DNA from: Usitatibacteraceae bacterium | GTDB lineage: Bacteria > Pseudomonadota > Gammaproteobacteria > Burkholderiales > Usitatibacteraceae | Length of the DNA: 64,000 nt | Reading direction: 5' to 3' | NCBI GenBank assembly: GCA_038901695.1 | Contig: JBCKPN010000001.1 | Coordinates: 1,105-65,104 of the forward strand | Shown: piece after piece, positions 21,309 to 29,254 of the stretch | Layout: each line of letters begins with the position of its first letter | Numbering within the stretch: the stretch's first letter is position 1 | Made by a program: the position numbers and the translations under genes | The notes under the pieces: model-generated | The model's database searches: none | Seen by the model: only the letters and a program-made list of their open reading frames with translations | Told to the model about the DNA's origin: nothing

Positions 21309-23156
21309 TCACTCATTTGAATCTGTCCTTGGTGTGGATACGATTGAGAATTGTGGCTTCAGCGTAAGTTCGTCGGGCTGTCGCGCTGAGCCGTCGGGCA
21401 AGTGAGTCTGGCATTCCTGAAACACGCGGTGGGGACAGCGGCGACAGATGTCACTATCGAGCAGGCCGTAGGCTGCGCGCAGCGCCTCCCCTTTATGTGC
21501 GATGACCCGTTCTGCACCCAGTTCGGCGATTTGACCGCCGCGCTCCAGAAACTGTTGCACAACAGGCTGTACGCCGACCAACAGCAGCCCGCCCCCCAGC
21601 AATTTTCGCCGTCTCGCTTCGTGCACCAGTAACTCTGCGCCGGCAAGATCAATGAAACTGACCCCTCGCGCAAGCAGCAATACCCATTTGCGATTTGGTT
21701 GGGACTCGTCTACCTTGCGCAGGTGGTCGCGCACTTGTTCCACCGCGCCAAAGTAGATTGCGCCCGTCACTTTCAACATCGCCATTTGCGGACAAACGGG
21801 AATGTCCGGCGTCGCTGGTACCAGCTTGCGCGAAACGTTCGCCAGCTCGCCGGCTGGCGGCGCACGCTCCTCAATCGATGGTTGCGAGGTACGGTGCAAA
21901 TAGTAGACGAGGGACAGTACGATGCCCAGAAAAAGCCCCTTCTCAATGTCGACGAGTGTCCCGATGAACGTGACAACGAGGATAAATCGCTCTTGCGGCT
22001 GGCGCCTGAGTATCTGACCGATCTGTTTGAAGTCGATCAATGACCAAGCGACAATGAACAAGATCGCCGAGACGGACGCCACAGGCAAAAATGACACTAA
22101 TGGCGCGGCAAAGTATGCGATCGCCAGCAGGAACAGTGCAGACATCGCTGCTGCCAACGGGGTTTTGGCGCCGGATGCAAAATTCACGCCGCTACGATTG
22201 AACGAACCGCTCGCCGTATACGACGAAAAAAATCCGCCCGCGATATTGGAAAGTCCCTGCCCCACGAACTCTTGGTTGCTATCAATGCGCTGGCCTGAAT
22301 GGAGTGCAATCGAGCGCGAAATAGTGAGAGCTTCGGTCAGCGCCAGCAGCGCCACGATGAATGCCGGAAAGAGCGTCGACGTAATAGCCGTATAGGAAAA
22401 ATCCGGCAGTGAAAGAGGCGGGAACGTCGCCTGAATGGTGCCGATGGTTTCTATGCCGGCTTTGTCTGCGCCAATCAGCAGGTTAAACAATAACGCGAGT
22501 AGGCTGCCGGCTACCATGGCGACGATCATGTACGGCAGCTTTGGCGCGTAACGTTTCGCAAGCAAGCCACACGTTAGTGTCAGCACGCCGACCGAGATCA
22601 CCCATACGTGTGTTTCACCGATGTGGTCCAACGCAAACAAAATAGTCTGGTGAAAGTGCAGCCCGCGCGGCACGGCCAATCCTAAAACGTTTCCAATCTG
22701 GCCGGCGAAAATGAGGCAGGCAGCTCCCGCCGTGAAGCCGAGTACGACCGTATGTGAAATAAAGTTCATCAGCGTGCCCAGGCGCGCCAGACCCATTGCC
22801 AGTTGAATGATCCCCGCCAACAACGTGAGCGTGAGGACCAAGCCGATGTAATGGTCGCCTCCGGGTTCCGCCATGGTGCTGACCGACGTAAAGACAATGA
22901 TCGAAATCGCCGTGGTCGGACCGGAGACCATATGCCAGCTGGAACCCCACAATGCTGCCACCACCGCTGGCACCATGGCCGTATACAGGCCGTATGCCGG
23001 TGGCAGGCCGGCAATGCTGGCGAACGCAATCGCCTGCGGCAGCACGATAACGGCACCGGTGATGGCTGCGATCATATCCAGCCTGAACTTGTCTGGGGTG
23101 ACGTGCGGCCAAGCGAGAAACGGCAGCCACCGCGTTAGCGATCCCCGGCTAATCAT
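21309..23156 (-). CDS. SulP family anion transporter with C-terminal STAS domain
   Basis: The typical SulP N-terminus is present (DMIAAITGAVIVLPQAIAFASIAGLPPAYGLY). The STAS-like region reads ...LKVTGAIYFGAVEQV...LLLARGVSFIDLAGAELL. A Cys/His-containing tail follows. Confidence 0.85.
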   Translation of the reverse strand: MISRGSLTRWLPFLAWPHVTPDKFRLDMIAAITGAVIVLPQAIAFASIAGLPPAYGLYTAMVPAVVAALWGSSWHMVSGPTTAISIIVFTSVSTMAEPGGDHYIGLVLTLTLLAGIIQLAMGLARLGTLMNFISHTVVLGFTAGAACLIFAGQIGNVLGLAVPRGLHFHQTILFALDHIGETHVWVISVGVLTLTCGLLAKRYAPKLPYMIVAMVAGSLLALLFNLLIGADKAGIETIGTIQATFPPLSLPDFSYTAITSTLFPAFIVALLALTEALTISRSIALHSGQRIDSNQEFVGQGLSNIAGGFFSSYTASGSFNRSGVNFASGAKTPLAAAMSALFLLAIAYFAAPLVSFLPVASVSAILFIVAWSLIDFKQIGQILRRQPQERFILVVTFIGTLVDIEKGLFLGIVLSLVYYLHRTSQPSIEERAPPAGELANVSRKLVPATPDIPVCPQMAMLKVTGAIYFGAVEQVRDHLRKVDESQPNRKWVLLLARGVSFIDLAGAELLVHEARRRKLLGGGLLLVGVQPVVQQFLERGGQIAELGAERVIAHKGEALRAAYGLLDSDICRRCPHRVFQECQTHLPDGSARQPDELTLKPQFSIVSTPRTDSNE

Positions 23157-25318
23157 GCTGTCGCTGTAGGCGGTTTATCGGCCGGGTCGGTCAGCGGCAC
23201 ATTTGCAGGCGTCAGCAACTCGTGCCGGGCCTCGTTGCCCAACCATCGGTAAATCGCTTCTAGCGCCGTGTCCTCACTTGGGAAAATCTTATCCGCACCA
23301 ATCACGTCATAAAGGCCAGTGTTGTGCAGCACATCCAATACTTGTCTTTTTAAGCCGCAAAATACTAATGTGACCCCGCTCGCTTCCAACCTTTGCACCA
23401 GATGGCGAACGACCTCTTCACCGGTTGCGTCGATCTGATTGATGCCACCCGCCACAACCAGAAGATATTTGGTCTTCGGTTGCTCGGCAATCGCGCCCAA
23501 GATCGCGTCTTCAAAAAATGGGGCATTGGCAAAGTACAGCGAATCGTCAAACCGGAACGCGATCACGTTGTCGCTGGTTGGCAGATTCGGATAGATGAGC
23601 ACATCGCGCAACGTACCATCGGGGTGCCGACCAAGCAGTGCAACCCTAGGGCGCATAGTGCGATACAGATACAGCAGGATCGCAAGCGCGACACCCGCTA
23701 AAATACCTTTGTCGAGATGCGGAGCGGACACCAACGTGACGAAGAAAGTGGCCCCCGCCACCACGCCGTCCGACCGCCTTGCCCGCCACGCGTGCAACAT
23801 GGCTGGAAGTGAAACTAGGCTCGTGATCGCCAGCAGAATGATCACGGCGAGCGTCGCTTTAGGAAGGTGGTACAAATAAGGCGTGAAGAACAATAGCGCG
23901 ATGACGACAAACAGCCCGTTGAACACCATCGCAAATCCGGTCTTGGCTCCCGCATCCAGATTAATGGCCGAGCCAGTGAATGAACCTGATACCGGATACG
24001 ATTGAAAAAAAGATCCACTGAGATTGGCCATGCCTTGGCCGATCAGTTCCTGATTCGGATTGATGCGCTGTTTGGTACGTGCCGCAAGCGCTTTGGCCAT
24101 CGCCATCGACTCCATCAGCGCCACCAGCGCGATGACCATGGCGACTGAGAGGAGCGAAAGTAGGCCATCTAACGTGATGCTGGGTGGTCGAAACGAAGGC
24201 AGGCCGGGTGAAATTTTCCCGACTACCTCGCCGCCACCTACTAGATGCAGCTGATCGCCCTCGATTTTCCGGATGCGCCATGGGCGAGCGTCCGTAATTA
24301 TCCCTTCGGGTACCCGACCTGCAACGTATAAAATGTCGTCGTCCGGCTGACTCACCATGTAGAAAAGCGTCTGGCCAATGGCTTGCAAGCGCTGCTTGTT
24401 TTCGGTCGTGAGGTCGGCAGCATCAAGTTGACCTAGATGCAACTGGTGGCGTTGCTCGGCGGCATCTCTAGCGTTGGTCGACTCTAGTTTGCGTACGGTG
24501 GCTGCTTTCGCCGGTAATTGCGTACCAAGCTCTTGTATCCGCTTGTCCGCTTCCGCGTAGGCAGAAACGGTGCTGCGTGTCTCGTTGTCAGCAATGCGGG
24601 CCGTCTGGCTGCTGGCCGTCCGTTCGAAGTTGAATGCGTAACTCGCGACGATGGTGACGGCGACCGCGATCAGCACGCTTAGATTGGCGAGCCATGGTAT
24701 TTTTCTGAGAACCAAAATCATCGTTAGTGCAAACAACGACATCAGTACGGTCGGCCAGTGGGCCTGCGTCAAAACGATGCGCATCTCCCAGATGTCGCTC
24801 AAAAAAGAGTCGCTGCGACCTTTCGGGATGCCCAGCAGCACATCAATTTGAGACAGGGCGATGATGATGGCGGCGGCGTTTACAAAACCCAGCAAGACCG
24901 GATGCGAAACAAAGTTGATGATGGCGCCGAGTTTTAGCGTGCCCAGTGCGAACTGAATCAAACCGACCATCAGCGTCAGCAGCAACGCAAGTTCAACGTA
25001 CTCGCGTGAAAACGGCGCCGCCAACGGCGTCAGCGCCGCGGCAGTCATTATCGAAATAATCGCGACGGGACCGGTAGCCAGTTGCCGCGAGGATCCCCAC
25101 AGTGCCCCGAAGATGGCGGGAACAAATGCGGCATACAGACCAAAGTGCACTGGCATGCCGGCCAAATGCGCATAGGCCATCGCTTTTGGAACCAGCACGA
25201 GGGCACCCGTAAAACCTGCAATCAGGTCGCTGCGCAGCACGATCTGCGTTACCGGAAACCAAGATAAAAACGGCAACAGTCGCAGCGCCCATTGCCAGAT
25301 TGGCGAGTGAATTTTCAT
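23153..25318 (-). CDS. SulP family anion transporter with STAS domain and a roughly 145-aa internal insertion
   Basis: The SulP core (DLIAGFTGALVLVPKAMAYAHLAGMPVHFGLY) and a STAS domain are present. Its stop overlaps the downstream SulP start by 4 nt. The insertion lies at about 24185-24625. The start is placed at MKIHSP (25318). Confidence 0.85.
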   Translation of the reverse strand: MKIHSPIWQWALRLLPFLSWFPVTQIVLRSDLIAGFTGALVLVPKAMAYAHLAGMPVHFGLYAAFVPAIFGALWGSSRQLATGPVAIISIMTAAALTPLAAPFSREYVELALLLTLMVGLIQFALGTLKLGAIINFVSHPVLLGFVNAAAIIIALSQIDVLLGIPKGRSDSFLSDIWEMRIVLTQAHWPTVLMSLFALTMILVLRKIPWLANLSVLIAVAVTIVASYAFNFERTASSQTARIADNETRSTVSAYAEADKRIQELGTQLPAKAATVRKLESTNARDAAEQRHQLHLGQLDAADLTTENKQRLQAIGQTLFYMVSQPDDDILYVAGRVPEGIITDARPWRIRKIEGDQLHLVGGGEVVGKISPGLPSFRPPSITLDGLLSLLSVAMVIALVALMESMAMAKALAARTKQRINPNQELIGQGMANLSGSFFQSYPVSGSFTGSAINLDAGAKTGFAMVFNGLFVVIALLFFTPYLYHLPKATLAVIILLAITSLVSLPAMLHAWRARRSDGVVAGATFFVTLVSAPHLDKGILAGVALAILLYLYRTMRPRVALLGRHPDGTLRDVLIYPNLPTSDNVIAFRFDDSLYFANAPFFEDAILGAIAEQPKTKYLLVVAGGINQIDATGEEVVRHLVQRLEASGVTLVFCGLKRQVLDVLHNTGLYDVIGADKIFPSEDTALEAIYRWLGNEARHELLTPANVPLTDPADKPPTATA

Positions 25319-25735
25319 TTTGCCGTCCGAATCCGACCCGCAGACCGCGTAGATCTTCCGCATCGCGGATGCACCCCGTGCCCGTTACGCTTAAGAAACG
25401 CCGACGGCAGATGTCGACTGGCGTCCATGGTGGATCTCAACGCGCGAGACTCAACATTCCGGAGATTGCGCCAATTGGTGCTTTGTTGATGCTGGGCCCA
25501 CACTGGTTTTTCTCACTCACGAAATGGTCTGGTAGTAGAGGTTTTGCGGATGATTGGCTTGCGCGAAAAAAACCAGCGCTCCGCAATCAGCTAGCTGAGT
25601 CTGTGTTGTGACCGGGTCAGCGATCCAGATTGCGTGGATTTTCGACCCTGTTAATTCCAGCGTCTGCACTACGATGCGGGATAGTGCTGTACAGTGAAGT
25701 ATATCCGCCTTACAAACGCTGCATAGAGGGAATCC

Positions 25736-25936
25736 ATGGCCACGGGCAAGACCAGCACGCTGACCTTTCGCATCGAGCCAAATCTGAAGGAAGCGCTGCG
25801 TGCCGCGGCCACGCGCGAACACAGGTCCATCGCAAATATGGTCGCGGTATTGATTCGGGACTACTGCGGGCGCGAGGGTATTGGCATTCCAGAGCAGGGC
25901 ACGGTGTCAGTCAAAGGCCGGAAAAAGAAAAAATGA
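25736..25936 (+). CDS. ribbon-helix-helix (CopG/Arc-type) protein
   Basis: The 66-aa product starts MATGKTSTLTFRIEPNLKEALRAAATREHRSIANMVAVLIRDY, the classic RHH pattern. Its stop overlaps the next ATG (ATGA at 25933-25936). Confidence 0.7.
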   Translation: MATGKTSTLTFRIEPNLKEALRAAATREHRSIANMVAVLIRDYCGREGIGIPEQGTVSVKGRKKKK

Positions 25937-26319
25937 TCACCCTCGGATCCATCACACCCGGTCTTTCGCTCACCGGTCTTGACCCCACTGGTATTGGGAG
26001 CGTAATTGCCGTTGTGCCAATTGCCGACGGTGCGGTGCAAGTCCTTTACAAAACGCCCGACGGCGCACTCAAGGAACGTCTGCTCAATCGGGGAGATGAA
26101 CCCAACATCTCTATTGCCACCACCGAGCGTCCCTGGTCTTTCGATGGCGATGGCGAGGCGTTCAAGCTCACCGTCGAGGCCAAGCGCATTGATCTCGCCT
26201 TTCTGTTCGACCCGATGATGGACTGGGCTTCATGTCACCCCTCGAAGCCCGTTAGGCATATAGTCTACAAAAGGCGGCCTGAGTTGCAAAACCGTGTCCA
26301 GAGCGAGCCGGTACATTAA
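25933..26319 (+). pseudogene. N-terminal fragment of a large SNF2/DEAD-like helicase (truncated)
   Basis: ...RPWSFDGDGEAFKLTVEAKRIDLAFLFDP matches, from memory, the conserved N-terminal region of large helicases found in restriction/defence loci. The similarity stops near 26215 and no helicase motifs follow. Confidence 0.45.
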
Positions 26320-26633
26320 GTGGTGGTGTTGAATGGCATCGGACAAATTTCGGCTTTAATTACTTGCACTTGCAATCCTGAATTCACGGGAAAAAAAGGA
26401 GACTTATGAGCGAGCAAAAACCCATTACCAAAGTTCCTGACGGCCATACGCGTTTTTTTACAACGCGTCAGATGGCACCAAACGAAAAGGGGTTTGTTGG
26501 TTACGAAACCGTCTGGAAACCACTCCAGAAGGAAGTTGAATACAAGACGCCGAAAAAGCCGTAGGCGTAATGCCGTAGCATCGATGAGCCGGATCGCGCG
26601 GCTAGGATGCGGACCCATAAAGGGAATTGCCTC
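26316..26633 (+). repeat. inverted-repeat module, copy 1 (leader + 52-aa ORF + conserved stem-loop)
   Basis: It aligns with the reverse complement of 34074-34392, with about 25 differences in about 318 bp by manual alignment. Confidence 0.9.
26406..26564 (+). CDS. small basic protein, 52 aa, unknown function (copy 1)
   Basis: The product is MSEQKPITKVPDGHTRFFTTRQMAPNEKGFVGYETVWKPLQKEVEYKTPKKP. A strong SD (AAAGGAG) lies 5 nt upstream. A paralog lies at 34144-34302, with 3 synonymous and 4 non-synonymous codon differences. Confidence 0.6.
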   Translation: MSEQKPITKVPDGHTRFFTTRQMAPNEKGFVGYETVWKPLQKEVEYKTPKKP

Positions 26634-26800
26634 CTGAAAATACCGGCTGCGCGGGGCTATGGCTGCGTCGTGCGTTGCTCGTGACCTCGCCTAACTACTA
26701 ACTACATGGTTATGTCTCGGTCCCTGCGCTCCGTGCTCCTTGCCCTCGCGCCGCTCGCGACGGTTTTTCAGCGGTTTCCTGAAGCCTCCGCGTTGTCAAT

Positions 26801-26831
26801 AAAAAAGCCGCTTTAACAGGCGGCTTTTTTT
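26801..26831. terminator. bidirectional rho-independent terminator (small ORF / sat convergent)
   Basis: aaaaaagccgctttaacaggcggcttttttt forms the stem-loop with flanking A and T runs. Confidence 0.8.
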
Positions 26832-26865
26832 ATGGGGCAGGCAGGTTGTTAAACCCGCAAGGTTG

Positions 26866-28083
26866 TCAGCGTGCGGAATGGCCGGAGAGCTTGACCTCGA
26901 CCTTGTCTTTGGCATCGATGCTGGCGTAGTACTCACGGAGAATTTCCAGTACCTCAGGCCGCGAGAATTCCGCGGGCACCGCATCGCCATCGGAGAGCCA
27001 TTTGCGCAGTTTGGTCCCTGACACCAGCAGGCGATCTTTTTCATCGTGCGGGCAGGTGCGCGCGGAGGCCATGCCGCCGCACTGGTAACACCAGAAGGTC
27101 CAGTCGATTTTCAGCGGTTTGGTTTCCAGGGCACCGGCTGGTATCTCATCAAAAATGTGATGCGCATCGAAGGGGCCGTAATAGCTGCCGACACCGGCAT
27201 GGTCGCGGCCAACGATCTGGTGCGAGCAGCCGTAATTCTGGCGGAACAGTGCATGCAGCAGTGCTTCGCGCGGCCCGGCATAACGCATGTCCAGCGGATA
27301 GCCGGATTGCACGACGGTGTTGGGTGCGAAATACTTGTCGATCAGCACTGCGATGGATTGGGTGCGTACGTCGGCAGGGATGTCGCCGGCCTTCAGGTTG
27401 CCGAGCAGGGAGTGCACCAGTACGCCGTCACAGACTTCGATGGCGACCTTGGCCAGATATTCGTGCGAGCGGTGCATCGGATTGCGCGTCTGGAAGGCGG
27501 CGACCGTGGTCCAGCCATTGGCTTCGAACGCCGCGCGAGTCTGCGCCGGGGTCATGTACATTGCGCCATATTTTTCCGGGAATCCGCCTTGTGACAGCAC
27601 TTTTACCGGACCGGCAAGGTTGATGTCGCTCTGTGACATCACCATTTGGACGCCAGGATGCTCAAGATCGGTAGTCTTGAACACCATCGCACATTCCTGC
27701 GTCTTGTCGATGGTGTATTTCTCCGTGACCTTCATGGTGGCGAGTATTTCGCCGGTGTCGGGATTGGTGAGCGCAATTTCAGCGTTGATTTTCAGCGCGT
27801 CAGCATGTGCCTTGGTTGCAGATAGTGTGATTGGTATTGGCCAGAATAAGTCATTGGCCAGCGTGCAGTGGTCACAGACACTGCGCCAGTCGGCCTCAGT
27901 CATAAAGCCGTCCAAAGGCGTGAATCCACCGATGCCCAACATCAGCAGATCACCTTTTTCTCGGGAAGTGACCGGAATCTTCGCGAATGATTGTGCTCGC
28001 TTTAGTTCTTCTCGCCGCGGTGCGTCATTCAATAACAGCGGCTTTAAAGAGCCACCCCCATGTGGTTTTACCAGTTTTGTCAT
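26866..28083 (-). CDS. sat: sulfate adenylyltransferase (ATP sulfurylase), homo-oligomeric type
   Basis: The signatures [12 protein letters not shown] and GRDHAGVG are present and the length is 405 aa. Confidence 0.93.
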   Translation of the reverse strand: MTKLVKPHGGGSLKPLLLNDAPRREELKRAQSFAKIPVTSREKGDLLMLGIGGFTPLDGFMTEADWRSVCDHCTLANDLFWPIPITLSATKAHADALKINAEIALTNPDTGEILATMKVTEKYTIDKTQECAMVFKTTDLEHPGVQMVMSQSDINLAGPVKVLSQGGFPEKYGAMYMTPAQTRAAFEANGWTTVAAFQTRNPMHRSHEYLAKVAIEVCDGVLVHSLLGNLKAGDIPADVRTQSIAVLIDKYFAPNTVVQSGYPLDMRYAGPREALLHALFRQNYGCSHQIVGRDHAGVGSYYGPFDAHHIFDEIPAGALETKPLKIDWTFWCYQCGGMASARTCPHDEKDRLLVSGTKLRKWLSDGDAVPAEFSRPEVLEILREYYASIDAKDKVEVKLSGHSAR

Positions 28084-28286
28084 CGCAGTTTTTGTAACCT
28101 GTTTTGTTTAGTAAGGGCCACGACTTTGTGCGTTTATAGCTTTTGAGAAGGCAGGTATTGGCGCCGGATGAATTTTGACCACCTGTGCCGGTTCAATATT
28201 GATCAGGGGCTTTTGCTGACGTGAATCCAGTCAGCTATGAATAACTATATCGTTTCTGTGATCGTAGTGACTCCTTTTTTCATCGT

Positions 28287-28470
28287 TGTTAGCGCAAAGC
28301 CTAATGTCCGGTTTCTCCAAAGCAGTAATGTCCGCATTTGGCAATTTATGTGGAGATTTTGCGATGGAGGTCACGACGGGTGTAAAAGCGGCGAAGCGGT
28401 TAGAAATAGTGCTGTGCGTAGAGAAGGGAATGCTGAGTTGTGCAGAGGGCGAGAAGCGGCTAGACTGGCC
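28287..28470 (+). mobile_element. solo end remnant of the same IS family as 39365-40870
   Basis: tgttagcgcaaagcctaatgtccggtttctccaaagcagtaatgtccgcatttggcaa... parallels the right end of the full IS, read in reverse complement. It includes the terminal repeat, the internal repeat copy and the first ~45 codons of the transposase. Similarity is lost after about 28470. Confidence 0.75.
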
Positions 28471-28515
28471 TTTTCAGATATTTCGGTTTACTGTGGCGTC
28501 CGCCGCTGGTCTTAT

Positions 28516-28656
28516 GGGCATCTCTAAAAATCCAAACTTCGTCGCGATGCGTTGTTGCTCAAAAAATTTTATCCCTTACATATCAGGTATATGCTGCGGG
28601 CTAAAATTTTTCTCGCGCCTAGCCTCGCTTAGAATTTTGAATTTTTAGAGGTGCCC
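28516..28656. repeat. MITE-like element, diverged copy C
   Basis: The termini gggcatctctaaaaatcc ... tgaatttttagaggtgccc match the family at 62103-62245 and 63569-63759. The interior is related in the opposite orientation. Confidence 0.65.
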
Positions 28657-28678
28657 TTATAAACATAGGAGAAATACC

Positions 28679-29155
28679 ATGCACACCATCAAGCAGGCAC
28701 TCATCACCCTTGTCAGCTCCGGATTTCTGGTTGCCAGCGGCGGCGCATTCGCGCAGGCGCCGCCTGAAACCCCAGCCAAAGTGCCTGCCGGCATCAACGT
28801 CAAGCTGATAGGTGCAAAAGAAGTGCAGGATCTGCAGGCGAAAGGCGCCGTCCTCGTTGACACCCGCAGGGCTAACGAGTTTGCCGAAAAAAGCATCAAA
28901 GGCGCGATCTCCGTTCCCTATGATCCTGAGAAAAGCGCCAAGACACCGGATGGCATCTTCGATCCGTCGTTAGACCAGTTCGACTTGACTAAGTTTAAGG
29001 ATAAAAATGCCCATCTCGTGATGTTCTGCAATTCCGGTATCTGCTTCAAGTCATATAAAGCGGCGGTTGTGGCGGCTAAAGCCGGTTACAAGAACGTCTA
29101 TTGGTACCGTGATGGCTTGCCTGACTGGACAGCACGCAAGCTCCCGACGGAATAA
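28679..29155 (+). CDS. periplasmic rhodanese-domain sulfurtransferase
   Basis: It has a signal peptide (MHTIKQALITLVSSGFLVASGGAFA) and the PspE-like active-site loop FCNSGICFKS. A good SD is present. Confidence 0.75.
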   Translation: MHTIKQALITLVSSGFLVASGGAFAQAPPETPAKVPAGINVKLIGAKEVQDLQAKGAVLVDTRRANEFAEKSIKGAISVPYDPEKSAKTPDGIFDPSLDQFDLTKFKDKNAHLVMFCNSGICFKSYKAAVVAAKAGYKNVYWYRDGLPDWTARKLPTE

Positions 29156-29254
29156 CGCTATCATTTGAAATCAAAGCTGCGGCCTGCCAATAGTGTGGGC
29201 CGTGCTTGTTTAATTGATTGCGGAAGTTCAATACACCAACAGGGGGAGTAAAAA

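Noticed and set aside
26334-26355. Sigma-54 promoter in the small-ORF leader (TGGCAT)
   Set aside because: The sequence five nucleotides downstream is AAAT rather than TTGC. The copy-2 version (TGGCAC) has the same defect, so it does not fit the -24/-12 consensus.
26316-26618. 100-aa - strand ORF (and its counterpart 33928-34338 on +) covering the repeat modules
   Set aside because: Both are antisense to the 52-aa ORFs. Six of the seven codon differences between the copies are non-synonymous in this frame, against four in the sense frame. There is no SD. The two ORFs start and end at non-equivalent positions.
19893-26640. tRNA-Arg-anchored genomic island covering the ankyrin, SulP and helicase-fragment genes
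   Set aside because: There is no integrase. I could not find a direct repeat of the tRNA 3' end. The region lies on the 5' side of the tRNA gene rather than the usual 3' side. The idea cannot be supported from this window.
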